DNA from: Penicillus capitatus
Lineage: Eukaryota; Plantae; Chlorophyta
Reading direction: 5' to 3'
DNA: 64,000 nt
Assembly (NCBI GenBank): GCA_965649825.1
Contig: OZ287703.1
Location: 615,722-679,721, forward strand
Position numbers and translations under genes: made by a program. The notes under the pieces were generated by a model. It saw only the letters and a program-made list of their open reading frames with translations, did no database searches and had not been told where the DNA came from. Shown one piece after another: positions 12,574 through 26,434 of the stretch (position 1 is the stretch's first letter; the number at the start of each line of letters is the position of its first letter).

Positions 12574-14437
12574 TCATCGCCGCATCAAGGCATCGAGCGT
12601 GATGTACTTGGTCTCACTCTTTCGCTTCGTTGGTTTGTGTGACTTGCGATTCTTCTTTCGCGTCATCCGGACGGCCGAAGGAGAAGAAGAACGTCTAGGC
12701 GGTAATGTGTTCTCTTCGCGTTGCAGATCGACGGCTAGATGAAAATCACGATGCTCTTGCAGACATGTCTCGCAGCAGCACACCATCTCACACCGATCGC
12801 AACGCCAGGCATCCGATCTACGCAGCATCCACAACTGCATCGATCAGACTGACAGTGTCATCTTTACGGTGGATCAGTTGGGTTTCGACAGCTGCATTGC
12901 TGAGTGAGAGAGGTGGATGGTTTAGCTAGTGCCATCTGACCCAAGAAATCCGTCAGCATGCTTTGACGCGTTTGGCCTTTTGTCTCGAAGCTCGACAGGC
13001 GAATGCCCATCAGCCGAAAAGGCGCATGAGACATGGTCGACTCCAGGAGAGGCAGGGATTGCGTGTAGATCTCTTTGGCCGATGCGACAAAGAATCCAAG
13101 GGTCGTTGCTCTTGTGTGAACCTCAAATGTCTGTGACTTGAGCTTCAGGGTGATCGTCTTGCCCCTTAGGTTTTCGTACGCCAAGTGCCGGGCCAGATCC
13201 ACGGAGAGCTCCTCCAACTGAAACGAACGTCGTGCGATCGATGATCATCGTCGCCGAGAGGTGCCTACCTTGTTTAAGAGATCGGGTTTGGAATGGGTGG
13301 CCCGAAAGGTGCGCTCGCAGCTCATGCCTTTTCGCCCGATCTCTCCCGGAGCAACGGGTTCGTGGTGCTGCGTTCGTCCGATGCCAATGCCAACACGTAG
13401 AAAAAACTCGAGACTCGATTCGGAGAACAGCGCAGCGATCCATCCACGTTTCTCCAACAAATCCGCACAGAACTCAACACCCAATGCGGCCAATGTCTGT
13501 TCAGAGACGCGGCCAACTCCCGAGACCTTTCGGACAGGAAGCGTCTGGAGAAATGCCTCGATTTCTGTCGCATCTGGCGGAATCTCATATTGTCCGTTCG
13601 GCTTGTTCATGTCCGACGCAATCTTGGCCAGCATACAGTTTGGTGCAATGCCTACACTGCATGTGAGCTGTGTCTCCTCCTGCACCGCCCTTCGTAGCTC
13701 CTCTGCCACGGTGCCTGGTGTCAGCGTGTGCTGATGGACATAGTCGGTGATGTTGAGATAAGCTTCGTCGAGACTGCCCGCTTCAAAATCTGCATCGTAC
13801 CGTCGAAAGATGTGCCGCGTTTGCTCACTCGCCGCTCTGTACTTTGCAAAATCATTAGGAACGAAGACGAGCTCGGGACAGAGCTTCAATGCAATGAATC
13901 CAGGCATCGCGCTTCGGACTCCGTATTTACGCGCCTCGTAGTTTGCCGTCGAAATCATTGCCTTACTGCCCACAGCCATCGGTCGACCACGCTACACAAA
14001 AAGAGTGAGAAAATAAAAATCTTTGCACAAAGTGTGAGACCAATGAAGGATCATGCCGTTCTTCGACTGCCGCAAAGAAAGCGTCCATATCCACATGCAA
14101 CCAGACCTGGCTCAAATCCCTCTCGACTTTCAGCTTGGCAAGCCGCTCGTCCGCCTCCCTTGCTCACACAGTGCATACATCTCGATCCTCCGCCACAGTA
14201 CCTCGTGTGTTTAACCACGTCTTCGTCCGTCAGCTGATCGGCAGCCGCTTTCAGCTGATCGATACGTCGATCGAGTTGTCGCTGCTTTCGTTGTTCGTTT
14301 TTGAAATGCTCGGAGTCTTTGCTCATGTCGTAGATGGTCTTCTTGACGCGTTCTTTATCTACCTGAGCCATTCCTGCCTTCTCGTTTGTATAGACGCGGT
14401 CACACTTCTCCCACGCGTCGTCGGACTTCGCGGCCAT
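12574..14437 (-). CDS. POLK: DNA polymerase kappa (DinB/Y-family) with C-terminal zinc finger
   Basis: N-terminal EKAGMAQVDKERVKKTIYDMSKDSEHFKNE (pol kappa N-clasp region), HVDMDAFFAAVE, STANYEARKYGVRSAMPGFIA, SLDEAYL, KIASDMNKPNGQ, little-finger RLMGIRLS; C-terminal C..C...EHRDFH. Confidence 0.95.
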
Positions 14438-14555
14438 GGCTAACAAGAGACAGCACAACAGAAAACCTCAGAAGAAAACGCTAGACGTCGTGTTCTAGAT
14501 GTCCCATCGTATGTTCTTTGTCCGTATCTCAGTGCTCAACATAAAGAACGGCTCT

Positions 14556-16329
14556 CTACTTTAGTGCTTTCTGCACACAGTCTGTCAATTTCTTAAGCAT
14601 ATCGTCGACTGCTGCAGAACTGGTGGCCTCGGCGTAGATCCGCACGACGTCTTCTGTTCCCGATGGACGCACAAACGCACGGCTCTTGGGATAGGCCGCT
14701 ACGATCCCGTCCACCTCTTTCTGCAGATGCTCTGGCGCCGTGATCGAGGTCTCCGTAACAGCATCGGTCTTCAGTACGCTCTTGTTGGCGACGGGGACGT
14801 TGACGATCTTCGATGGCAAGGGATCATAGAGCTTCAGCCATTCCTCCAGAGGCCATTCACGAATTCTCAACACCGCCTCGACCATGAGGATATTGGCGAT
14901 GCCATCGCCGACTGTCTGGTTGACGGTATCCATCAAAGCCAACAGTCCGAAGTTGCTGGGGTCCTCTGTTCTCTTCTCATCTACCTAGAAAGCACGTCTC
15001 CCCTCGTTCGTCACTGACGGTCGAGTTGACGCACTTCGCGCAAGCACTTTGCCAAACGGGAGGAAAAGATGACAGAGCCATGGCCGTTCGATTCATAAAA
15101 GACGCCGATATCGAATTTCTGAGCGGCGACGTAGAGATTCTTCACACCGGTAGGCACGATGACCACCTCGATGCCTTTCTCTTTGAGATGATTCACCACT
15201 GCTTGGTTGGAGTAAGCTGTCAGAACAACGCCGAGAGTGTACGTCTGTTGGTAGACGGTATTCATCGCGAGGAGCGATTGAACATGTAAGGCCGCGAGGG
15301 ACGCGATGCGATCGCCGTCCAGAACGATCGTTGCGCCTTTGGCACGCGTAAAGTACACGACGCGATCGGCATCTCCATCGACACTGGCGCATCGTTGCCA
15401 GTCTTCAATGGTGTCGAAGTTCTTGGGCAATTTTTGCTCTTTCTGCACGTACTCTGCCCCACACTTGTCGTTCAGCGTTCCCTCTCCCGTATTGACAACT
15501 TTGAAGTGATATCCTTGTGGAATGGCTCCTGGACAGTTGCCCAGACGTTTGATCTTTTCGGCCGCCACCTAGATGGCGTGCGTGTTTCCTAGAAAGGGCA
15601 CCGAGAGATAGACGTACGCCATCGGCACAGTCGACGGTCAGCACACCGTGGCGTCCATACGTACCACGAGCCATACGCATAAACCCACCCGATAGGTACT
15701 TTACCCACTGAAACTCTCCACAGGCTTCGTTCTGATGTCGTCTCCACACACGATAGTGCACCTGCATCGCCTCGATATCGCCACCCCGCCGTCCTGAGAC
15801 ATCGGTGTACCTGAGGCGTCGTCTGGAGACCGGGTTCAAAAGCGATTTCGATCCGCAGAGCCTTAATGCCTTTTGTGGCGACGTCCAAGAGCGCCGGGGA
15901 GGAAGGACGGGTATCGTGCCCCACAAACACTTTGTAGGGTTCGGCATCGCGCTGAAAGAGTGCGATGTTTTCGCGTTGACAGATGTCTTGGCAGACAGTG
16001 ACAACGGACTCAGCGGATTCCGCTTGGCATATGCGTTCGGCATAATCTTCCCATTGCGAAGTCAAGAGTCCTCCATCGAAATCGACGAATTTGACGCCGT
16101 TGTCGCTGATGGGATTGTGCGAGGCGGTGATGATGAGACCGCAATCACTCTTCGATGCGTAGCAGCGCAGCGCGACGACGATTCCGCAACGGAAGGCGAC
16201 GCCTTGAAGCGTCTCTGCCGGTCCTCGAAATCCTGCCGTTCCGTAACGCGGACGCGGCGAGGACGCAAGCGGAAAACGCGGGGCGTGTTCGAGAACGGAC
16301 GCAAAATCGGCAGACATATCGCTCGCCAT
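14556..16329 (-). CDS. PGM3: Phosphoacetylglucosamine mutase
   Basis: YGTAGFRG, ITASHNP (catalytic Ser), DTRPSS, DGDADR, FYESNGHG, FVRPSGTEDVVRIYAEA; start codon could alternatively be 16377. Confidence 0.95.
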
Positions 16330-16501
16330 TTGAAGGCAGCTAGCTATTTTATCGCGAAACACCAAACGTCTTTTCAAGGATGAAATTCAAGCCGGCGTTT
16401 GACATGCGATCCGATGTAGGGCGGCAGTTCCGTAAAGAGGGGGAGCACAGATATATCTATTTTTAACTGCCTTTCTTTCAGCGTGTCCACATGTCCTCCC
16501 A

Positions 16502-19500
16502 TTAGAACATAGACATCCCGGGAATGCTTCGAATTTTGGCCTGGGCCTCTCGTCTCGTCCTGGCGACCTCTTCCGCAAAAAGCTCCGCATTATCCTGCGT
16601 CTCAAACTGCTTTGTCTGAACGAGGAAATCTCTTAAGTGGTGTTTGAAGGTTTGAAACTCACGAATGTCAAACATTCCAGTAATGCACACCTGCACAAAG
16701 GCGTGTCATGGAATAGGAGGAGGAGAGGCAGAATATCGAACGTGAATTTGCTGAGGCATCATGTTGGGAAACGACTCCTGCAGGAAACCGTAGACGAACT
16801 CGGCCACATAGGCAGCATTGCTTGGATAGGCATTGACTCCTTTGGCTTGGGTGTCCCAAATTGGCGCGGACAGCGTCGTGTGGTCTTGGATGGACATGAA
16901 TAACAGGTGCAGGATTTTGCACTGATGTTTGAATCCGGGTTTGTGAAACGTATCTGCACACGACCATGGTGGTGGAGACATGTGCACCTACCTGGCCGAG
17001 AATGGGTTTACCTGTCATGACCGTGAAGATCTCTCTCATGATTTTGATGTAGTACTCTTGATAGAATTGCAGAAGCATGGAGGAACGGGTAAAGTGAGAG
17101 ATCAAGTCTTCCAGAAGGAGCAATCCTGTCTCCGCTACGTTCCGCATCGTATGCCGAAATGCCCATACGACTGAATCCATCACCAGTGTCAGCTGCTCCT
17201 TCGTCATCGCAAAGAGCATGGGATGACAGTACTTGGCAATGGACTGCAGCAGCGAAAAGAACTTGACACGATGTTCTGGGTAGTCTTCGAAATTCTGTGT
17301 GATCATATTGAGCGTGCATTCGAAGACGGCCTCAAAGACACGGGGGACTTCGGCTTCGATCATCATGCCAAATTTTTGAATGACGGTCGAGAAGAGGCTG
17401 AGAACCTCGGCGTCGCGTGCGTCAGGGACATTGCGTTGATAGTCTCCCAGGATGGGATCCATCATTTGCGGCACCAGTTCCTTGACTGCCTCATTCGGGA
17501 AAGCCAGTCCACCGACAAACGTCTCCAGCAATTGCAGCACAGCACGTTTGACAGAACGCATGGCTTTCACTGGACTGGTCCGTGCGGCATTCACTTCGCC
17601 AGACTGTACAGCGGTGGACACCAGTTCACTGTATTGCTTGTAGATGAGGAGGAAAGGCATAAAGAAGAGTCGCATCTGAGGCATAAAATCCATACCCAGG
17701 CTCTTGCAGACAGCGGTATTCGCCTGAAGACAATGGTGAATACGTCGTACGGTGTCCACGCCGGTGAGCGATGCCGTATTGGACGAGGCAGCGTTGACGA
17801 TCGAATGACAGATGGCGTTTGGCGGGGCCATGAGCATTTCTAAAAAGTTTTCTTTCTCAGCTTGCGAGTGCTCTGCGCTGATCATCAATCCCACAGACTC
17901 GTAGAAAGAGCTGACCTGAGTAGGGGACAGATCCTGAATGATATCTTCCAGCCTGTGCAGCAACTCAACAATGAATTTTTGCGTCTCATCGTTCTGCCGT
18001 ATCACAAACTGCGCTTTGCATTTGGTGCAGATCTTGAGAAACGTATCACAGGCCATGTCCTGAACACCGGGATGCATTTCGTGCATAAACTCGAAGAGCT
18101 TATTCACAACGGTCTTCAAAAACTTCCAGTGAGCCCTCAGAAAACGCGGATACTGACCCACGACCCACATGATATTCGAAGCGATGATGGCTTTGTTGTC
18201 TTTGCCCTTGGTACGTTCGCAAAGACTCAGCAAATCGCGAATGACGCCCACCAAAAACCGGCTCTCCTGTTCTTCGTCCATTGTCCCGCTGATGGATCCC
18301 ATCGCCCAACAAAGCGTATTCAATGGTCCCCACGAGAACCGCACCATCGTCTGCGATGCGTCCATCTCTGTGCGCAGCTTCGTGCACATCTGGTTTTCGG
18401 TGTCTGCCTGATCGAGGTTGCTCAAGTAAACGAGCGTTTCACGCATCGTCTTGTATTGCTGCAACGTATCGCTGTCCTTTAACGTCTCGCGAACGGCGTT
18501 TCCGTTCTCGTCTTCCACGATGATCACTTCCTCTGGCTTGGCCATTCGGACGATCATGATGCCTCGAACTTGGGAAAGGATATCCTTGAACACCTGGTTC
18601 TTGCTGACGCCTCCTTGATGATGATTGTGTTCGATATCGTGATTGAACACATCCACCACAAAGTAATTCCAAAACTCCAAGCATGTCTTGAAGACCTCCA
18701 TGTCATCGTGGTGCGAGATATGCACCAGATACTGCAGTCCTCCAACGAGATACTCCAGGTTTGCGCTGTCTGCCTCGAAAAGCGTGTAATGTGTTCTGAG
18801 AAAGGTGGCAAAGAACTCTGCGAGGTTGAGGATGAATTCCTGGAGGTCATCGGATTCTTGATCGAGAAACTGATGAAGCGGATGCTTGAAACTCCAGAGT
18901 CTTTGCAGACGTTCGAGGAAGACGCGATAGAAGGTCACAAACTGTTCTGTGAAATCTTCCACCTGCAATCCGCCGATCTGCATAACATCGCACTCTTCCC
19001 ACACATCTTTGATGCCAAACAGTATCAGACACACCTCAGTTAGGCACTTTAGCGCGACGTTACGGAAAGGCTCCTGGGGAAAGAGGTTGAGCAGACAGTC
19101 GACCAGATTCCCTTGAAAAATGAAGGCGATCGGTACCCAAGAGAGAAACACATGCAGCGTCTCCAAAGTGGCCTACAGATTTGAGTGAGAATGAGGATGA
19201 GCAAAAGAGTGAGATGACGTGGATAAGACGTGGATTGGTGGAATTGTTCAGCACGAAGGAACAGAGCTGTTGGATGGATGCAAATTCATCCTTGAGCGAC
19301 GTCTTGAGTTCCCGTGTCTTTGCACCCGTCAGATTTCCCCGTGAGAAATCAAAGACCTATCATCTCACATTCTCACCCTTTCTCTCACACACTCTCAATC
19401 CACCTCTTCTGAGAGCAACTTGAAAATTTCCATGGAGTTCTCACACAGCGTCTCTGAACTCTTTGAAGCTTCAACCATTTCGGACACGAATGTCGTCCAT

Positions 19501-20042
19501 TTGTGTGGCCATGTGTGCTTCAGAATACCGACCAGCACAATATTGAGCTTCGACATGAATATGCGTTGCTCATGATAGATGCGTGGATTCGTCGCGATGC
19601 TGACAATGAGATTCGATATGTAATTCTTCAGTCCCTCTTGCTGTTCTTCGGGCAATGCTCCCCAGCGATAATTCACGAGTCCTTCCAGAACCTGCAAAAG
19701 AGTGAGGACGATACAGGAGAGGAGAATGGTGACAAACCTGAAGGGCAAAGTATTTCGTGTTGAGGTTGTTGGAACGCTCAATGATGGTATTGACCTGACG
19801 CCACGTATCGGGATGCTCCTTGAGCTTGCGCAAGATTTGATCTGCCGCCGCTCTCTGCAAAAAGACCCAAGGTGTCGTCGATCTCGCCGAACGCACCAAC
19901 GCTGCGAACGGCTCGCAGAGAGACGCCGTGAATGCCTTACCTCTTGTTCGTTGTTTGTCGCCCCGAAGAAGGCGTCTATCGTAGCGTCGAGTATGACAAC
20001 GTCGATAGGTTTACTGAAGTCCAACAGCTCCTGAGCACTCAT
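16502..20042 (-). CDS. XPO1: Exportin-1 (CRM1)
   Basis: MSAQELLDFSKPIDV, KLNIVLVGILKHTWP, RMAKPEEVIIVEDENG, LNTLCWAMGSISG, IMWVVGQYPRFLRAHWKFLKTVVNKLFEFMHE, FKHHLRDFLVQTKQF; the extreme 3' end may have one more exon. Confidence 0.98.
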
Positions 20043-20234
20043 TTCTGTGCCTCACTCCAGCGACAATCAGGGACCAGAGCCGCCAAACGTCGTGCCGAAT
20101 TGTAAGGGAGATGGCAGCACGGATAAAAATGCGTCGTTCGTCGACTCAAAAAGCGCGAAACGTAGCGATTAAGGCAGACATGCCGTAACGTCACATCTCA
20201 AGGAAGGACGTGACCGAAAGAGTACACGCGGGGC

Positions 20235-21931
20235 ATGGCGTCAAGCTCCTCACGGTAACGTATCGCAGCGCAGAGAGAGGAGTCGATGGCCATGGCACAG
20301 GCAAAATGATTGGGAAGACAAAAGGATATGCACGAGGGTGATAGAGAAGCTCGGGACGATGGGTATCCCTGTAACACAAGAGATCGTCGAAAAACACTTG
20401 ACCCGACACAAAAGTAAACGCAGCGTACAGAACCACTGCTGGATGGCATCAAGAATGTCTGCATCGGACAGAGAGTATCCAAGAAGAGATCATGACGGAG
20501 CCTGAGGATTGCCCAGTTGAGAAGCATGCCGTCGAACGTCTCACTGCCTACGTGGCAGAGACACTGGCCTCAGCAGGGGATCTCTCGGGCGAACCTTACA
20601 TGGCAACGACATCGCATACCCTGTCGAAGACGGCATACTATGATGCAGAACTGTTAGCCCTGGTAGCGTCACGGATGACCATGGTGTGCGATATCTCTGT
20701 ATGATGCGTGGTGATGCAGGTGGAGGACATTCGACTCAACTGCTTGACAGAACACGGTTTTGATGAAGATGTGGATCGTGAGATTGAGAGGAGAGTGGAA
20801 CTGGCGCGTGCGGTGTGGGATGCACGAAAGCCCAGTTTGGAGAAGAGACAGGATGTCCTTCCTGAGTTTGCAGACTGGATTCCCAGAACGCGCGAGAGCG
20901 TTATCACTATTTTGGTAGAAGAAAAAGAGTGAGATCCTTGAGATGTGTGATCGATCCAGGGGTTGGACAATTGGCAAGAGCGTTGGGATTGTGTTCAGAC
21001 GTTAAGGAGAGAACGGTCAAATCTAGAGACAACACTCGGCGATGCAGAGTTCGCACATAAAGTGGACCAAGATCTGAAGGTTCGAAGCAATACCCGTCAC
21101 ATCAAATGTCACATCACATCGCGTTCTGCATGTAGAGTAAAGAAGACCGATTTGAGAAAACTTCCCTGAGAAACGGTCGGTATACCAAGCTCCATTATTG
21201 ATGCATGATCGGGAGAGATTTCTTTTCTAGGAAAACCGATTCGAAAGAAGAGAAAAGTGGAGGCCACAGTGAACAGGCATCCGACAGCCGGTCCATCTCG
21301 ATCACTTCCAGATCCTTTCCCATCCAACGAGTGGATTCGTGGACCCAATCGTCTGGAACGTAAGCCGCCTGTCCTATCCCGACACGACGAAGAAAAAAGT
21401 GGAAGAACCCTTCGTCTTGTACCATCCTCTGTCCCATCGCCATCTATGTTGATGGACCTCTCAGGTGCTGCAAGTTCTGTTGGAGGCGAAAACGAAAGAG
21501 ACATTGCAGGAGGCATTTGGTTCGAGCGTATGCTGTCTTCTCAATCGACCAAGAACCCAACGAGGCCTGTGGTGCAGGATTCTGAAGCGACAGTGGATGA
21601 TGAAGGTCCGTCTCAACCGCCGCCGCCACCGCCGCCACCGGCCAAAGAAGAATGCTCAGGCTATCTCAATGCAAAGGTGGCAATGTTCTTTTCTGTGGCC
21701 TTTTGATGAAATATGTGTGTGAAGTTGTAGGAGACCGTTACGTGTTCGGGTCCCTGTCCTAATGAGATATTCCCGTCTTGTGAGTTACCGCTTCCTTTGA
21801 TGATGCCTGAGGTGTCCTATCCTCCTCGTCATGACATGACCATAGATGCCGATATGTACAGTGCCGCACGTCTTGTGTACGAATGGACGCTCAAAGTGCC
21901 AGATTCCGAGAGCAATGTGAGGCTTGAGTAA
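20235..21931 (+). CDS. Uncharacterised multi-exon protein (helical N-half, Pro-rich linker, conserved-looking C-terminal exon)
   Basis: About 8 exons join in frame through GT-AG introns from MASSSSRQNDWEDK... to ...YEWTLKVPDSESNVRLE*; TGTAA follows at 21944; no family recognised. Confidence 0.6.
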
Positions 21932-21984
21932 AGATCTGATCCTTGTAATGGACAGATATCGTTAAATAAGAGCACTTCAGAAAT

Positions 21985-22530
<546 letters not shown>

Positions 22531-22648
22531 GATCAAGTGAACGCTCGGCTCGAGTGCGCGTCTTCCCTTGGCGGCGAATCACGTAACGAACGAAAATTTT
22601 GGCGTTTAATCGCTATGAAGACTCTGAATGCATCAAGTGCTTGCTACG

Positions 22649-24440
22649 ATGTCGACATTAGCCGATTCGTTTTTGGCCGATCTCGACGATTTGGCCGACG
22701 AAGAGGACTCGGCCGAGGAATTCGTTGATAAAGATGGCGACATCGAAGTTTGGTCTCTCCGTTTTGCGTGAGACGCAGCGAGGTGTCTGCTTAGATGGAT
22801 GGGTCGGAGGTGGTGGTGAAGGAACGTGTGGCCCATGCAAAGCTGACCAAGACAGAACGTTACCGGCATATCATAGAGGTGTGACTTCTCACTCTTTTAT
22901 CTCTGTTTCGTCGATGGGGCGGCGTTTCTGAAATCGTAGACCTGTTGTTGCATGATAGAACGTGCGTGAAGCGTTGCAACAGGCGAGCCAGACAAAGGCT
23001 CCGAAAGTGGCCAGCTCCAAAGATGACCCAACACATCTGTCCGTGCTTCGTGTCCCTTGTACGATGTGTGATAAAAGTGTGAGATACCTAGTTTGCTCGT
23101 TGAGTGCAATCAACTGGTAGTGGATATCGATAACGAAGTGGCTGTGGTGCACAACATCATCCGCGATGGATACCGTTCCAAGTTTCCTGAACTGGAGTCA
23201 TTGGTGTGATAACCAAAGAGTGAACAAAGAGTGCGATGGCGTGGTGTAGGTCCAACATCCCATTGACTATGCTCGTGTGGTCAAGCAAATTGGCAACGAA
23301 ATGGATTTGACACATGTGGATCTGGAAGGCCTTCTGCCGTCGGCAACGATCATGGTGGTCACCGTGACCGCCACGACGACCAGCGGCAAAAAACTGACAG
23401 AAGAGGCATATGAAAAGACAATGGAAGCGTGCGAGAGCGCCTTGCAGTTGGACCAAGACAAACGCATGGTCCTGCAGTTCATCGAGAGTCACATGCACAA
23501 GATCGCACCGAATCTGTCAGAGCTTCTGGGAACAGAGATCACAGCAAAGCTCATTGGATTGGCAGGTCTGTTGAACATCCAGCAAAGTGGATCTGCCTCT
23601 TTGTGAAGGAAGAGGGAATGTGTAGGTGGTCTGGAGGCTTTTGTGCAGATTCCTTCGTGTAATGTGAGGGTGTTGGGTGCCAAGAAAAAACTGTTGACGG
23701 GGTACTCGACTTCCAATGCCACGATTCAGCCGCATCAAGGTGAGTATCTGCTCCGTATGTAAATCCTGTCATCGGACTGTCGTGGGTTTGGAGGTTTCAT
23801 CATGAACTGTCACATCATTCAATCCACACCACAGCATCTGAGACAAAAAGCTGGCAAGATTGTCGCAGGAAAGGCGGCTCTGTTGGCCCGTGTGGACGCG
23901 GCGCGATCGAGTCCCAACGGCGAAGTGGGTCGGACAATGTGCGAGAGCATTGTGGCAAAGATCGAGAAACTCCAGGAACCGCCTCCTGCTAAGCAGCCCA
24001 AACCGCTGCCGGTGCCTGATGGGGTACAGAAGAAGCGCAGAGGCGGTCGTCGATTGCGAGCGATGAAGGAGCGCTATCAGCTGACAGATGTCAGGGCAGC
24101 TACCAATCGAATCCGTTTTAATCAACCCGAGGAGGAATTCATCGATGGAGATGAAGTGATTGGACTGGGCGTTTTGGGAAAGGAGGGATCCGGTCGACTG
24201 AAGATGGTCTCCAAGCAACAGAAGATGAAGCTCTCGGCCAAGACAGCCAAAAAATACAAACGCTATACATCCAGCAGTGGAGCCACGGGCGGCATCTCAT
24301 CTTCCCTCGTCTTCACCCCGGTTCAGGGAATGGAGTTCGTCAATCCTGAAGAGAAGACAGAAGGCGATGCTAAGGAAGGCACGGAATCGTATTTCTCACA
24401 GTTTGGTGGATTTCGATCCATTTCCAAAACGCCGAGATGA
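22649..24440 (+). CDS. PRPF31: U4/U6 snRNP protein Prp31
   Basis: [20 protein letters not shown]/Nop-domain motifs [10 protein letters not shown] and [44 protein letters not shown]. Confidence 0.97.
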
Positions 24441-24862
24441 AGGACGAGAATCGAATCTGATGTGACAGCTGATATGACGCGCGCGCGTCGCCGAATGTCG
24501 TCGTCGATCAAAGGCATACCGATCGCAACGGGAAGCCACGCAACTACCCCCATCCAGGCAATGCGGTCATGTCTTTTCGCTCTACGCTGTCCAGACGTCA
24601 CATCCATTACCTCCGGCCCACCGTCGAACGGTTTGTCCTGGAATTGCACGGATAACGTGCTGCGTCGCTACTGTTACAATCCTACTACGCTTGTGTGCCT
24701 TTGTGGTGTCAACGGAGTAAGTGGCAGAAGGCATTTCCACTCAATCGCGCTTTCTAACAACATCGCACTGCTCGTTTTTCTTCGTCCTTCTTCCGTAACC
24801 TGCTTCCATTGGACTGCCTTTGAGGCCCCGAATACTGACGTGTGACTAGGCAAACAGAAGAT

Positions 24863-26434
24863 ATGGCGTCCACGCTGGAAACATATGCCTCGTTGACCTT
24901 AGCGGAAATTCCCCCCGTCCCAACGACGCCGGTGGAACCTCGCGTCATGGCGTTCAGTGATGGCGACAGCGTTGCTGGAAACGACGCCCTCGCCGATGCG
25001 TACGCGTTAAAAGAAGAAGAAGAAGACGACATTGGCTTTGTGGATTTGTCAACGGATATGGTTCCGACGTTTTTTGAATCAGGTCAGTTGATGTGGGAGA
25101 TCTCGGCACAGACTGAGACCGACCATGAACAACCAACACTGATGCGTCCCGAAATCGTCCTCACAGACAGTTCCTTCTCATTGAGTGGACTCCAAGAAGA
25201 TCATCGTCATGATAAAGAGGGCAACAATACGGCACGGGAGAGGAGATCATTGGTCAACAGCCATCAGCAGCCTGATGATGTCGACAGTATTGATGCGAAG
25301 ACTGCCGTACTATCCGGACAGCACTGTTTTGAGCTGCTGACAGATGAGAACGATCCACTGTGCAGCTCAACCGCTCAGCAGCGTGCATCTGTCGAGTGTC
25401 TAGCAACGGAGGCGACAACAGATGACGCCTCGAGGCCGTTGTTGGATGGCATACGCTCAGCAAGCGATGTTGCCGCCAGCCATGCTGCTGTGCATCCTCT
25501 TGAAGCTGCAGCTGCAGATTGTCTGATGCATCAGCAACATCATTGTCTGGTCGATGAGAACGGCAGCGATCGAAAGACAAGCGATTGCACTGAAGACTGT
25601 TCACCTCATTCTCTTCAGAAAGATTCACAAAAACAACAACAGCATCATCATCAAGAGCAAGAACAGCAACAACAAGATCTCCGCGATCGTGAAGAATCAT
25701 ATGTTGGGCAGTCGGGCGACGAGGAGCGGAGAAATAAGGAGAGCTTCAAGAAACTGGGTATTGGTCATTTGCGACAGACATCCAATGACGCCGTGTTGAT
25801 GGATACATTGCCATCGTTCAAAGCACCAGTGTCTCCGAATTTGTGCACGGGAAAAGAAGCATTCGACATTGCGGACAGCGCATCGGAGATCTTCCGGACA
25901 CAGGATCCCAGGTTTGTTATTGGAAACGTCTACGACGTGTCGGCCGCGAAAGAAAGTGAACGGATGAAGCCTCCAAAACTAACAGCACTGAGCCTCCAGC
26001 CACGAATTGAAAAGCAGGATTCTGCCTTGCACTGTCATCCAGATCGACACACTTTTTCGCCGGAGCCATCCCCCCGTGTCCATGCCCCTGGATGTTCCTT
26101 GAAGGACGTTCTCTCCAGTGCCATGTCCAAAATCAATGATGTCGTGTACAGTTGTACGCACACAAAGCAGAGAAGAAGGGAAAGAGAGATTCTAAAGAAA
26201 CTTCAAGCCAGAAGCCGTGGCAATCTCACACCGAATGCATCTGCCTATGGCGGAGCGTACCGACGCAGGAATACTCTCATTCGTCAGAAGATGGAGGGGA
26301 TGATCGACAACGAAAGCAAAACAAGATCCAACAACATGTGCAGCAGCGGCAGCAGCAAGACACGTCGATCGTCCTCTCCCTGCAGTAGCAAGAAGAAAGT
26401 CCATGGAGAGCTCAAGTCACCCTCGAAGGCTTGA
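24863..26434 (+). CDS. Uncharacterised intronless low-complexity/disordered protein (~520 aa; acidic, Gln/His-rich tract, basic C-terminus)
   Basis: Uninterrupted 1.6-kb ORF; first ATG at 24863; no recognisable domain. Confidence 0.6.
   Translation: MASTLETYASLTLAEIPPVPTTPVEPRVMAFSDGDSVAGNDALADAYALKEEEEDDIGFVDLSTDMVPTFFESGQLMWEISAQTETDHEQPTLMRPEIVLTDSSFSLSGLQEDHRHDKEGNNTARERRSLVNSHQQPDDVDSIDAKTAVLSGQHCFELLTDENDPLCSSTAQQRASVECLATEATTDDASRPLLDGIRSASDVAASHAAVHPLEAAAADCLMHQQHHCLVDENGSDRKTSDCTEDCSPHSLQKDSQKQQQHHHQEQEQQQQDLRDREESYVGQSGDEERRNKESFKKLGIGHLRQTSNDAVLMDTLPSFKAPVSPNLCTGKEAFDIADSASEIFRTQDPRFVIGNVYDVSAAKESERMKPPKLTALSLQPRIEKQDSALHCHPDRHTFSPEPSPRVHAPGCSLKDVLSSAMSKINDVVYSCTHTKQRRREREILKKLQARSRGNLTPNASAYGGAYRRRNTLIRQKMEGMIDNESKTRSNNMCSSGSSKTRRSSSPCSSKKKVHGELKSPSKA

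Noticed and set aside
10461-16502. PP5-SELENOK (143 bp), PGM3-POLK (118 bp) and XPO1-PGM3 (~170 bp) as polycistrons
   Set aside because: The upstream ORFs are long with many internal ATGs and the spacers can hold short UTRs; compact packing is sufficient explanation
15805-18482. Long antisense ORFs opposite PGM3 and XPO1 (e.g. 15805-16383, 17223-17843, 17862-18482)
   Set aside because: Typical shadow ORFs of GC-balanced coding exons, with no motifs
21797-21940. Box C/D-like TGATGA...CTGA
   Set aside because: Falls in an open final exon of the 20235-21931 gene and has no terminal stem
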